DNA of 64,000 nucleotides, taken from assembly GCA_040386535.1 (NCBI GenBank), contig JAZKFH010000013.1, positions 416,928 through 480,927 of the forward strand, written 5' to 3'. The stretch is from Myxococcota bacterium. GTDB taxonomy: Bacteria > Myxococcota_A > UBA796 > SXON01. The notes below the pieces were generated by a model. It made no database searches and was not told where the DNA came from. It saw nothing but the letters and a program-made list of their open reading frames with translations. The first letter of the stretch is position 1. Every line of letters begins with the position of its first letter. The position numbers and the translations under genes are program-made. Positions 28,942 through 38,374 of the stretch are shown here, piece by piece.

Positions 28942-29679
28942 GTGCTGTTGATGATCCTCCTCGCGTGCGCCCCCTCGATCCACCGGATCCCGGGGCCGCT
29001 CGCCGGGGTCGGGCGCGATCCCGGCTCTGCATGGGTGATCGCGCAGACTCCCGAGCGGAGCGAGAAGCCAGCCCGGGCCGAGAAGCGTCCGCGCTCCGAC
29101 AGGCCTGGACCCGCGCCGACCGCCATCGCCGAGGCCGCCACCGCGTTCGTGGGCGCCAAGGCGCTCCTCGTCGACGGGGAGAAGTACCGGTGGGACTGCT
29201 CGGGGCTGGTCGAGGCCTCGCTCGCGTCGGCCGGCTGCGCGTTCAAGGGCAGCTCCGCCATGTTGTTCGACCAGGCGAAGGAGGAGCGGGTGCTCCATCG
29301 ACGTCGCATCCCGACGCCCGGCGACATCGCCTTCTTCGACGACACGTACGATCGCAACGGCAACGGCCGCCTCGACGATCCGCTCTCGCACGTGGCGGTG
29401 GTGGAGTCGGTGGCGGCGGACGGCACGATCACGATGGTCCACGTCGGGTCCAAGGGCGTGGTGCGGCTGACGATGAACCTTCGCCATCCGGAGGAGCGCA
29501 CGGACGCCGCCGGCAAGGTCCTCAACGACAACCTGCGCGCGCGCGGGAAGAGCGACTCGCCGCGCACCCGCTACCTCACGGGCGAGCTGTGGGTGGCGTT
29601 CGCGTCGTACTGGGACAGCCCGGCCGCGAAGCGGCAGGCCGCCGTTCACGTCGTGAGCGTCGACCGCTCGACGAGGTAG
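28942..29679 (+). CDS. NlpC/P60 (C40) peptidase lipoprotein
   Basis: Lipobox LLA-C; catalytic DCSG; PGDIAFF; SHVAVV. Confidence 0.88.
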   Translation: MLLMILLACAPSIHRIPGPLAGVGRDPGSAWVIAQTPERSEKPARAEKRPRSDRPGPAPTAIAEAATAFVGAKALLVDGEKYRWDCSGLVEASLASAGCAFKGSSAMLFDQAKEERVLHRRRIPTPGDIAFFDDTYDRNGNGRLDDPLSHVAVVESVAADGTITMVHVGSKGVVRLTMNLRHPEERTDAAGKVLNDNLRARGKSDSPRTRYLTGELWVAFASYWDSPAAKRQAAVHVVSVDRSTR

Positions 29680-31301
29680 GGGCCGAGCAGGAGCGCGTCC
29701 ACCTCGGAGGCGCGCCAGGAGCGGATCGCGTCGCCCGGGCTGCACACGATCGGCTCGCCGGCGAGGGCGAAGTCGAGCTGGGCGACCGCGGCGGTGCCGG
29801 TCAGGCGGCGCACCTCTTCGAGCAGGAGCGCGAGGTCCGGCGCCGCCTCGGGATCGACGACGTAGGGGAGCGCGGTGCCGTCGCGCGAGACCACGCCGGG
29901 GTGGGCCGCGGCAAAGGCGGGGAGCGCGCGCGGCGCGAGCGTGCGGAACTGGGCGGAGCCCTCGGCGCGGTCGAGATGGGCGAAGGCCGCGTCAGCGTCG
30001 GCGGCGAGCAGGGCACAGCCGACGCTGCTCCACTCCTTGCGCTGGAGCGAGGCGAGCGCGCGGTCCCGCAGGGCGACGTCGTCCGCGCGGAAGAGCACGG
30101 TGCGGTTCGCGAGCGCGCGGGGGCCGACCTCGAGCCCCCCGTCGAAGCGGGCCACGGTGCGCCCGGCGGCGACGAGCGCGGCGGCGGTCCGCGCGGGATC
30201 GTCCACCTTCTTGCGGGGGAGCGAGGCGACCGAGAGCGCCTTGTAGCAGTGGGTCTCGGTGTAGCGGGGCCCGAGGCCGAGGGTGGGGAGGCGGCGCATC
30301 GGGATGCCGGCCACGCCGAGGGCGGCGCCGATGGCGAGCCCCTCGTCGCCCATCGCGGGGAACACGGAGAGCGACTCGACCGTCGGCTCGGCGAGGAGGC
30401 GTGCGGCAAGACGGGGATTCGCGAACAACGCTCCGGCGACGACGACGTGGCCGAGCCGCGTGCGGGCCACGTGGTGGCGGACGAAGGCCGCGACGGCCTC
30501 CTCGATGGCTTCCTGGGCGGCGGCGGCGACGTCGGCGGGGGCGTGGCGGCGCACCAGCGCGAGCAGCGGATCGGGGTTGCCGACGAGCCCCTTGCCGATG
30601 AAGCCGTCTCCCTGGATGCCGACCTCGCGCGCGAACGCCGTGCGCAGCGCCTCGGGGACGGTGCCCCCGGCGGCGAGGGCGTGCAGGTCGATCGCGTCGA
30701 TCTGGAGCACCTGGGCGATGCGCCCGGGGAACGTGGAGATGGACGCGAGGGAGGTCTGGAGGAAGATGCGGTCGAGCTGGAGGTGGCGGCCGACGCTCAC
30801 GGTCACCGCGGCGCCGTCCCCCGGCGTGTCGAGGGTGATGACGAGCGCGTCGCTCCGGTCCTGGCAGCGGTAGGCCGCGGTGGCGTGGGCGCGGTCGTGC
30901 TCGTGCAGATCGATCGACGCCTTCTCGAAGCCGAGTGCGCGCATCTTCGGCTGGAGCAGCTTCCTGGCGATGTCCTGCTCGACCATGTAGAGGCCGGACG
31001 CCCGGAGCGCGGCCTGGTAGCCACGGTAGGCCTCGCGCCAGCGCGGCGTGACGCGTTCGCGCAGGTCGGGCCGGGCGCGCAGGACCGAGGCGTGCGAGGA
31101 GGTGCCGCCGAACACGACCCGGTCGACATCGCGCGCGCGGAGCCCGGCGACGTCGAGCACGGCGTCGATGGCGCCGGAGGGGAACGCGCGGGAGTGCCGC
31201 TCGCGGTCGATGCGCTCCTGGGCCACGGCGGCCACGAGCGAGCCGTTGACGACGAGCGCCGCGCTCGCATCGGGACCGTCAGCGACGCCGAGGATGATCA
31301 T
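29646..31301 (-). CDS. NodU/CmcH-family carbamoyltransferase-like protein (divergent)
   Basis: ILG...DASAALVVNG...ER..R.RH...FP; HxxAH; MGDEG; LGLGP; EVGPRALANR; GEPIVCSP.DA. Several catalytic motifs are altered. Confidence 0.85.
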   Translation of the reverse strand: MIILGVADGPDASAALVVNGSLVAAVAQERIDRERHSRAFPSGAIDAVLDVAGLRARDVDRVVFGGTSSHASVLRARPDLRERVTPRWREAYRGYQAALRASGLYMVEQDIARKLLQPKMRALGFEKASIDLHEHDRAHATAAYRCQDRSDALVITLDTPGDGAAVTVSVGRHLQLDRIFLQTSLASISTFPGRIAQVLQIDAIDLHALAAGGTVPEALRTAFAREVGIQGDGFIGKGLVGNPDPLLALVRRHAPADVAAAAQEAIEEAVAAFVRHHVARTRLGHVVVAGALFANPRLAARLLAEPTVESLSVFPAMGDEGLAIGAALGVAGIPMRRLPTLGLGPRYTETHCYKALSVASLPRKKVDDPARTAAALVAAGRTVARFDGGLEVGPRALANRTVLFRADDVALRDRALASLQRKEWSSVGCALLAADADAAFAHLDRAEGSAQFRTLAPRALPAFAAAHPGVVSRDGTALPYVVDPEAAPDLALLLEEVRRLTGTAAVAQLDFALAGEPIVCSPGDAIRSWRASEVDALLLGPYLVERSTLTT

Positions 31302-31359
31302 CGGGCCGGGCTAACACGTGGGTTGCGCGTTGCCCCCGGCCCGGCGGGGTACCCGGACC

Positions 31360-32088
31360 CTACCGCTCGAGGATCTCCTCGCCGACCTCGACCGCGAGCT
31401 CCTCTCCGTCGAGCTCGAACGGCCCGCCGCCCATCGCGCGCCGGTACACCTCGACCATGCGCCCGCCCATCGCGTGGGTCCGCCGGTGGGCGCCCCAGCC
31501 CGCGAGGCCGGCGCCGAGGCCCGGGATGAGCCGCGTGATCCGGCTCATCACGGTCGCCGTGGCGCGCACCACGACCTGTCGCGCGAGCCACGCGCTCGCC
31601 TGGCGGGTGGCCGGGACCTGGGAGCGCAGCAGGTCGGGCAGCTCGCGCACCTTGAGCCCCACGGGGCCCTGCGCGGGGAGCTCGAGGTCGTAGGCCGCCG
31701 CGAGGGCCCGCCACATCAGGAGCTTGCCGACATCGGTCTCGGGGTCGAACCCGTGGAGCACCGCGAGCCGCTGGGCGAGCCGGAGGCTGGACACGATGGA
31801 CGCGAGCACCTCGGGCGGGATGGCGACGGCGCCCACGAACCCGCTCGCGACGCCGAACGCGGTCGCACGGCCGCGGGCGTGGCTGATGATCCGGGCGGCG
31901 GACGTGTCGAGCTCGGCGGTGGAGGGGAAACTCCCGGCGTCGGGGTCGTGGTACGCGAGACCGGTGTCCCGCATCCACGCCCGCACGTCCGCCGTCGGCA
32001 CCGACGCGGCCGTGTAGATGGCGGGGAGCAGGTCCTCGTCGAGCCGCTCGCCGAGCGCTTGGAGGAGGACGGAGAAGGGCGAGGCCAT
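31360..32088 (-). CDS. EcsC-family protein
   Basis: ATAFGVASGFVG...PPE...LAVLHGFDP...RLIPGLGAGLAG pattern. Confidence 0.65.
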   Translation of the reverse strand: MASPFSVLLQALGERLDEDLLPAIYTAASVPTADVRAWMRDTGLAYHDPDAGSFPSTAELDTSAARIISHARGRATAFGVASGFVGAVAIPPEVLASIVSSLRLAQRLAVLHGFDPETDVGKLLMWRALAAAYDLELPAQGPVGLKVRELPDLLRSQVPATRQASAWLARQVVVRATATVMSRITRLIPGLGAGLAGWGAHRRTHAMGGRMVEVYRRAMGGGPFELDGEELAVEVGEEILER

Positions 32089-32096
32089 GGGGTCCC

Positions 32097-32765
32097 TCAG
32101 AAGTGGATGCTCACGTCGAGCGCGGGCTGGAGCCGCCATTCGGCGGCCACGCGGGTATCGCCGCCGATCGACTCGGCGCTGTCTTCGAACACCTGGACCT
32201 GGGTCTTGAGGTGCGGCAGCAGGCTGATCCAGCGACGAATTCGCACCTCGGCTCCCACGGCGAGGCTCGGCGCGGGCCAGACCGTGTTGCTCCGCAGCGC
32301 GACGCGCCGGTCGAAGCCCGGGAGGTCGAGGAGCGTGCTGGTGGCGGCCACGCCCACGCCGAGGCGGACGTATGGCACGACATGGACCCGCGCCGCGTCA
32401 CGCGATCCGACGGGCAGGCCGAAGCGGAAGCCGAGGTCGACCACGAGGTAGTCGCGGAAGCCGCTGACCGCGCCCTGCGGGATGGGCGCCTCGGGGAAGT
32501 AGGCGCCGGCGTCGGCGAGGACGTGCCGCGCGTGGTCGAGCTCGACGGTGAACGCGACGAGCTCGCCCGTGGCGAGGTCGACCACGACGCGCTCGGAGAG
32601 GCCACCGCCGTAGCCGTCCGCGTTGCTCCCCAGGATCCAGGAGCCGCCGACGCCCGCCGCGACGGACACGAGCCGCGAGGGCCGATCGCCCACGAACCGC
32701 GGGCCCGTTCCGTCGGCGGCGGCAAGCGCACCGGGCGCGCAGCAAAGGGCGTAGAGCGGAAGCAT
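32097..32765 (-). CDS. Putative small outer-membrane beta-barrel protein
   Basis: Signal peptide; VVPYVRLGVG strand; terminal Phe (VSIHF). Confidence 0.6.
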   Translation of the reverse strand: MLPLYALCCAPGALAAADGTGPRFVGDRPSRLVSVAAGVGGSWILGSNADGYGGGLSERVVVDLATGELVAFTVELDHARHVLADAGAYFPEAPIPQGAVSGFRDYLVVDLGFRFGLPVGSRDAARVHVVPYVRLGVGVAATSTLLDLPGFDRRVALRSNTVWPAPSLAVGAEVRIRRWISLLPHLKTQVQVFEDSAESIGGDTRVAAEWRLQPALDVSIHF

Positions 32766-32801
32766 TCGAAAGGATAGCGCGTGGCTAGCAGGCGCGGCGG
32801 G

Positions 32802-33674
32802 TCAAGCGACCACGCCGTCCACGTGGGCCTTGCCGCCGGTCGACCCGTAGCGACCCGACTCGTCCCTCGTCACGTAGGCGAGCGCGCACTCCGCGTCGTG
32901 CGTGAAGAACAGGCGCCCGCGCCGCGCGACCAGGCCGTCCAACAACGCCCGCTTCTCGTCGAGCAGGAGCTCGGGGAACCGGTCGTACCCCATCGAGATG
33001 CTCGTGTGGACCCACGGGCGGCCGGGCACGAGATCCGAGCCGAACACGATCGGCCCCTTCGAGCCGAGGATCTCGGTCAGCATCAGGCCGGGCGTGTGCC
33101 CGTCCGAGAAGTGGAAGCGGTAGTCCGGGCCGAGGGTAGGGGACGTGGGTCCGTCCACCAGTTCGAGGCGGCCGGAGGCCTCCAACGCCGCGTTCAGATC
33201 GGGGATGAAGCTGGCACGATCCCGCGGGTGGGGAGACTGGGCGCGCTCCCATCCGGTCTTGCTCACGAGGAAGCGCGCCTTGGGAAACAGCAGCTCCGGC
33301 TGCCAGGTCTTGCCGTTCTCCCAGGCCGAGAGGAGCCCGCCCGCGTGGTCGAAGTGGAGGTGGGAGAGCACGACGATGTCGATGTCCGCATGGGTGAGGC
33401 CCGCGGCCGCCAAGGAGTCGAGGAGCACGTGGTGCTCCTCGAGGATCCCGTAACGATCGCGGAGCGCCGGCGAGAAAAACGCGCCGATCCCCGCCTCGAA
33501 CAGGATGGTGCGGCCCGGCTCGCGGACGAGCAGGCATCGGCACGCCAGATCGATACGATTCCGCTCGTCGGGTGTGGCCCACCGCTCCCACAACGTCCGT
33601 GGGGCGTTGCCGAACAGGGCCCCCCCATCGAGCTTCTGATGGTTCCCCTCGATCGACCAGATGCGCCGTTCCAT
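32802..33674 (-). CDS. MBL-fold metallo-hydrolase (YtnP-like)
   Basis: [36 protein letters not shown]. Confidence 0.92.
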   Translation of the reverse strand: MERRIWSIEGNHQKLDGGALFGNAPRTLWERWATPDERNRIDLACRCLLVREPGRTILFEAGIGAFFSPALRDRYGILEEHHVLLDSLAAAGLTHADIDIVVLSHLHFDHAGGLLSAWENGKTWQPELLFPKARFLVSKTGWERAQSPHPRDRASFIPDLNAALEASGRLELVDGPTSPTLGPDYRFHFSDGHTPGLMLTEILGSKGPIVFGSDLVPGRPWVHTSISMGYDRFPELLLDEKRALLDGLVARRGRLFFTHDAECALAYVTRDESGRYGSTGGKAHVDGVVA

Positions 33675-33729
33675 CCCCACAGGGTATCACCCGGGGAGCA
33701 ACGCCGCGTCGCGCTCGGTCACGCCGGGG

Positions 33730-33876
33730 TCAGGCGGAGGGCGGGCCCGGAGGGCACGGCGGGACGGGCTCGTCGGCGCGCGTGAGGTCGTGCAGGTGGG
33801 CCATCTCGTGCATTGCCCAGGCGAGCGTCACCAGGGTGCCGAGGAACCGGAAGAGGGTGCGCTCGACGGTTGCCAT
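33730..33876 (-). CDS. Small hypothetical protein (48 aa)
   Basis: MATVERTLFRFLGTLVTLAWAMHEMAHLHDLTRADEPVPPCPPGPPSA; fills a gap; upstream TTGCGA-17-CACTCT-7-ATG. Confidence 0.45.
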   Translation of the reverse strand: MATVERTLFRFLGTLVTLAWAMHEMAHLHDLTRADEPVPPCPPGPPSA

Positions 33877-33913
33877 GTGTTCAAGAGTGCGCGCGCGGCG
33901 CACATTTCGCAAC

Positions 33914-34342
33914 CTATTTCGACCCACCGGTCGGACCCGGCGCCGTGCGTGTCACGAGGTGGGCCTGGATCCACCCCTCGACCGGCGGCGTGCACGAGGT
34001 GCAGGAAACCCGTGTCCGCACGGCCTCTTCGCCCGTCACCTCCAGGACGACCCCGACCGCGCCCCACACGGCCAGCGTCTTTCCGTAGTCGTCCACCACG
34101 GTGACGGGCGCCTGGAGTGTGCGTGCGGCGTAAGTCGGGAAGGGCGGCGGCTCGACCTCCTCCGGCGCGCCCTCCGCCTGGCCTTCGACTGCGCCCTCCG
34201 CGTCGGGCGCCGCTTCCGCCTCGGGCGTGTCGTCACCGGGCTCTTCGGGCTCGGGCTCCTCGGTCTCCTCGGGCGGGGCGGCGGGAGGCTCGTACGCGTC
34301 GGGACGCCAACAGGCGAGCGCGAGGAGGAGGGCCGGGACCAT
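33914..34342 (-). CDS. Hypothetical lipoprotein (acidic linker + SH3-like C-terminus with CxxC)
   Basis: Lipobox LALA-C; Glu/Pro-rich linker; TRVSCTSC...VEGWI. Confidence 0.65.
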   Translation of the reverse strand: MVPALLLALACWRPDAYEPPAAPPEETEEPEPEEPGDDTPEAEAAPDAEGAVEGQAEGAPEEVEPPPFPTYAARTLQAPVTVVDDYGKTLAVWGAVGVVLEVTGEEAVRTRVSCTSCTPPVEGWIQAHLVTRTAPGPTGGSK

Positions 34343-34364
34343 GGCGGGAGTATAGAAGCTCGGC

Positions 34365-35222
34365 ATGCTCCCTGTCGGCGCGCGCATCGCGGTGGTGTCT
34401 CCATCCGGTATCTACGACCCCGTCCGTCTCGAAGCGGGGCTCGACGTCATCCGGGGGTGGGGCTACCGACCCGAACTTCTGCCGGGTGTCGGCCGGCGCC
34501 ACCGGTACCTCGCCGGGACCGACGCGGTGCGGCTCGCGGACCTCGAACGTGCGCTGCGCGGCGGGTGGGACGCGGTGTGGGTGGCGCGTGGCGGCTACGG
34601 CCTGTCCCGGCTGCTCGGCCAGCTCCCGTGGGACGAGCTCGGCGCCGCGCCGTTCATCGGCTTCTCGGACGCGAGCGGCCTCTTGAACGCCCTCGCCGCG
34701 CGCGGGCGCCCGGCGGTGCACGGCCCCGTCCTGAACAGCCTTGCCGACCTGTGCGACGCGCCCTCCCGCGAGCACCTCCGCGCGCTCCTCGCGGGGGAGC
34801 CGCTCGCGCCGCTGCACGGGGAGGTCGTGCACAAGGGGAGCGTCGAGGGCCCGATGGTGGGCGGCAACCTCTGCGTGCTCGCGTCCCTCTGCGGAACGCC
34901 GTGGCAGCTGCGCGCGCGGGCCTGCGTGCTGATGCTGGAAGAGACGAACGAGGCGCCCTACAAGATCGATCGGCTCCTGACCCAGCTGCTCGATTCGGGC
35001 TGCCTCGACGGGGTCGCTGGCGTCGTGTTCGGCACGATGTTGGGGGCCGCGCCTGCGGAGGGCGCGGACTGGACGATGAACGACGTGATCCACGACCTGT
35101 TGGCGCCGCTCGGCGTGCCGGTGCTCACCGGGCTCCCCATCGGGCACGGCCCGGAGAACCGGGCCTTCCGCGTCGGCGGCCATGTGCGCCTCGCGGGCAA
35201 CCGCCTGGAGTTCTGCGAATGA
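34365..35222 (+). CDS. ldcA: LD-carboxypeptidase (S66)
   Basis: VVSPS, YLAGTD..R, ARGGYG, GFSD, GGNL, LEETNEAPYKIDRLL, GHG. Confidence 0.92.
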   Translation: MLPVGARIAVVSPSGIYDPVRLEAGLDVIRGWGYRPELLPGVGRRHRYLAGTDAVRLADLERALRGGWDAVWVARGGYGLSRLLGQLPWDELGAAPFIGFSDASGLLNALAARGRPAVHGPVLNSLADLCDAPSREHLRALLAGEPLAPLHGEVVHKGSVEGPMVGGNLCVLASLCGTPWQLRARACVLMLEETNEAPYKIDRLLTQLLDSGCLDGVAGVVFGTMLGAAPAEGADWTMNDVIHDLLAPLGVPVLTGLPIGHGPENRAFRVGGHVRLAGNRLEFCE

Positions 35223-36139
35223 ACACCCCCCTCCACGCGGCCCTCGATCGGGCCCTCGACGAGGGCGTCGACGTTGCGCCGGCCGTGTCCGCGGTCGTCT
35301 GGAAGGCGGGCGTCGAGCTCTACGCGCGCGCGCCGGGCCAGGTGTACGACCTCGCCTCCCTCACCAAGCCGCTCTGCACCGCGGAGGTGGCGATGGCCGC
35401 GATCGACGCGGGCGCACTGTCCCTCCACGGCGGGCACCCGTTGCTGCCCCACGGCGTCAGCGTCGCGCACCTCTTGCAGCATGCCGCCGGCTACCCCGCG
35501 TGGCGGGCGTTCTGGGGGGAGGGGGGCCGCGCGGAGATCCTCGCCGCCGCGACACGGACCCCGCGCTCCTCCCCGCCCGGGTTCGCCCACACCTACTCGG
35601 ACATCGGCTTCCTCGCGCTCGGCGCGGTCCTCGAAGCGGTCGGTGGCGCGCGGCTCGACGAGCTCTGGGAGGGGCCGCTGCGCTGGGGGGATCCCGCCGC
35701 GGCGCACACCTTCTGCGAGGAGCGCAACCACGAGATCGTGGGAACCGTGCACGACCGCAACGCGGCGGCGATGGAGGGTGTGGCGCCCCACGCCGGCCTC
35801 TTCGGGAGCGCGCGTGAGGTCGCCGCCACGGCGAACCGGTGGATGGTGGGGGCCGTGCCGATGTCCTACGTCGCGTTCGGGCGCCGCGGGCCGGGTACCC
35901 ACGTGCTCGGTTGGGACACGCCCAACACCGACGGTTCCTCCTCAGCGGGGCCCCGCCCCCCCGCCGGCACCTTCGGGCACCTCGGCTTCACGGGCACGGC
36001 GCTCTGGATGGTGCCGTCGCGCGGAATCGTCGCCGTGCTCCTCACCAACCGCGTCCTCGCCCGCACCGGCGCCGAGCCCATCCGCGCGCTCCGCCGCGCC
36101 TTCTTCCAGGCGGCATGGGACGGCCTCGATCTCGCCTGA
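35219..36139 (+). CDS. Serine hydrolase, beta-lactamase class C-like family
   Basis: DLASLTK (SxxK), LLQHAAG, YSDIG, VHDRNA, HAGLF, GHLGFTG, LTNR; ATGA overlap with ldcA. Confidence 0.9.
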   Translation: MNTPLHAALDRALDEGVDVAPAVSAVVWKAGVELYARAPGQVYDLASLTKPLCTAEVAMAAIDAGALSLHGGHPLLPHGVSVAHLLQHAAGYPAWRAFWGEGGRAEILAAATRTPRSSPPGFAHTYSDIGFLALGAVLEAVGGARLDELWEGPLRWGDPAAAHTFCEERNHEIVGTVHDRNAAAMEGVAPHAGLFGSAREVAATANRWMVGAVPMSYVAFGRRGPGTHVLGWDTPNTDGSSSAGPRPPAGTFGHLGFTGTALWMVPSRGIVAVLLTNRVLARTGAEPIRALRRAFFQAAWDGLDLA

Positions 36140-36218
36140 GCCGCCGTGCGCCTACGCGACGGCGCCCATCGCGCCGCCGTGAGGACGCGATAGACTGCGC
36201 GCTCCCCGAGATCACGCC

Positions 36219-37106
36219 GTGAGCAACGAACCCGGTCCGCGCTGGTACGAGCAGGTGCCGAGCAACCCCGTCCAGTCGGAGCCCCGTCCGGGCCCCGCCG
36301 TGAAGGACCTGTGGGTGCGTTGTCCCGGCTGCGCGCAGATCCTCTACCGCCCCGCGCTCCTCGAGCAGATGGCGGTCTGCCCCCACTGCGGCCGCCACCA
36401 CCGGTGGGACGCGCAGGCCCGGCTCCATGCGCTGATCGATCCGGAGTCGTTCGTGCGGCACGACCAGCACGTCGCGCCCACCGATCCCCTCCGCTTCGTG
36501 GACGCCAAGCCCTACAGCGCCCGCCTCGCGGCCACCCAGCGCGCCCAGGGCGAGCTCGACGCCTACATCGCCGGCTCGGCGACCATCCTCGGCATCCCGG
36601 TCGAGATCGGGACCTTCAACTTCCGCTTCATGGGCGGGTCGATGGGCTCGGTGGTCGGTGAGCTCATCACGCGGCAGTTCGAGCGCGCCGCCACGCTCAA
36701 GCGCCCGGCGATCGTGATCTCCCAGTCCGGCGGCGCCCGCATGCAGGAGGGCATCCTCTCCCTGATGCAGATGGCGAAGACCTGCGCGGCGCTCGGCCGC
36801 CTCCGGGACGAAGCGGGGATGCCCTACATCAGCCTCCTGACCGACCCGACCACCGGCGGTGTCGCCGCGAGCTTCGCGATGCTGGGGGACGTGATCCTCG
36901 CCGAGCCCGACGCCCTCATCGGGTTCGCGGGCCCGCGCGTCATCGCGCAGACCATCGGCCAGGAGCTGCCCGACGGCTTCCAGACCAGCGAGTACCTGCT
37001 CGCCCACGGCATGGTCGATCAGATCGTGCCCCGCGGCGAGATGCGCGAGACCCTCGCCCGCCTGATGCGCCTGCTCACCCCTCCGGACGCCGTCGCGGCC
37101 CGATGA
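36219..37106 (+). CDS. accD: Acetyl-CoA carboxylase carboxyltransferase beta subunit
   Basis: Zn ribbon LWVRCPGC...CPHC; FMGGSMG; SGGARMQEG; PTTGGVAAS; IGFAGPRVI. Confidence 0.97.
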   Translation: MSNEPGPRWYEQVPSNPVQSEPRPGPAVKDLWVRCPGCAQILYRPALLEQMAVCPHCGRHHRWDAQARLHALIDPESFVRHDQHVAPTDPLRFVDAKPYSARLAATQRAQGELDAYIAGSATILGIPVEIGTFNFRFMGGSMGSVVGELITRQFERAATLKRPAIVISQSGGARMQEGILSLMQMAKTCAALGRLRDEAGMPYISLLTDPTTGGVAASFAMLGDVILAEPDALIGFAGPRVIAQTIGQELPDGFQTSEYLLAHGMVDQIVPRGEMRETLARLMRLLTPPDAVAAR

Positions 37107-38368
37107 CCGACCACCCGATCGTCGCGGGCCTGTCGACAGCGGGCATGCGGATGGGGCTGGCCCGGATGCGTGCGTTCATGGCGTGGCTCGGCAACCCCCA
37201 TGTCGCCTACCCCACGATCCACGTGGGCGGGACGAACGGCAAGGGGAGCGTGTGCCGCATGGTCGGCGCCATGCTCGAAGCGCAGGGCTACAAGGTCGGC
37301 ATCACGACGTCGCCGCACATCCAGGAGGTCAACGAGCGCATCCGCATCGGGTCGACCCCGATCCCGGACGCCGCGTTCTCGAGCCTCCTCGCACGGGTGG
37401 ACGCCGCGCGTCGCGAGTGGGCGGACAAGGAGCTGCCGCCGGGCGAGCCGTTCCCGCTCACCTACTTCGAGTTCCTCGTCGCCGCGGCGTTCCTCCACTT
37501 CGCCGAGGAGCGCGTGGACATCGCGATCGTCGAGGTGGGTATGGGCGGCCGGCTCGACGCCACCAACGTCGTGTCGCCCATCGTCTCCGCGATCGTGACC
37601 GTGGGGCTCGACCACACGGAGCACCTCGGGCCGGACCACGCGTCGATCGCGGGGGAGAAGGCGGGGATCCTCAAGCCGGGTGTCCCGGTCGTGCTTGGCC
37701 CGCTCACGCACGAGGCGATGGCCGTGATCCGCTCCGTCGCGGTAGAGAGGGGCGCCCCCATTTCCACCTTCGGGGACGATTTTCGGGGAAGTGGGGAGAC
37801 CGGCGGCTTCGCCTACTGGGGCGGCGGCAAGGTGCGGGAGGGCTTGCGGCTCGCCCTGGGTGGCGACCACCAGGTCGTCAACGCCGCGGTGGCGCTGCGC
37901 ATCGTCGACCTGCTCCCGCCGCCGTTCGTGGTCGGAGAGGACGCGATTCGGGCCGGCCTGTGGGCCGCGCGCAACCGCGGCCGCCTCGAGTGGCTCACCC
38001 CCGATCTGCTGGTCGACGGCGCCCACAACCCTGACGGCGCCACGGTCCTCGCCAACTACCTCGCCCGCCTCCCACGCGATCGCAAGCGTACGCTGCTGCT
38101 CGGCGCCGGCACCGACAAGGACGTGCGCAGCGTCGCGTGGACCCTCGCGCCCCAGGTCGACCGCGTGTACACGACCGCGTGCAGCCACCCCAAGGCGCGC
38201 TCCCCCGGTGACGTGGCGGCCGAGCTCGAAGGGCTCCCGGTCCCGGTGAGCCCGGCGGGTCGGCTCGAGGACGCCTTGCCCTTCGCGCGCGCGGGCGGCG
38301 GGCTCGTGATCGTGGCGGGATCGCTCTACCTCGTGGGCGCGGCGCGGGACCTGGCGGGGATCCGGTAG
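37103..38368 (+). CDS. folC: Dihydrofolate/folylpolyglutamate synthase
   Basis: HVGGTNGKGS, TSPH, NERIRI, TYFE, EVGMGGRLDATN, DHTEHLG, DGAHN, GSLYLVG. Confidence 0.96.
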   Translation: MTDHPIVAGLSTAGMRMGLARMRAFMAWLGNPHVAYPTIHVGGTNGKGSVCRMVGAMLEAQGYKVGITTSPHIQEVNERIRIGSTPIPDAAFSSLLARVDAARREWADKELPPGEPFPLTYFEFLVAAAFLHFAEERVDIAIVEVGMGGRLDATNVVSPIVSAIVTVGLDHTEHLGPDHASIAGEKAGILKPGVPVVLGPLTHEAMAVIRSVAVERGAPISTFGDDFRGSGETGGFAYWGGGKVREGLRLALGGDHQVVNAAVALRIVDLLPPPFVVGEDAIRAGLWAARNRGRLEWLTPDLLVDGAHNPDGATVLANYLARLPRDRKRTLLLGAGTDKDVRSVAWTLAPQVDRVYTTACSHPKARSPGDVAAELEGLPVPVSPAGRLEDALPFARAGGGLVIVAGSLYLVGAARDLAGIR

Positions 38369-38374
38369 GGCCCG

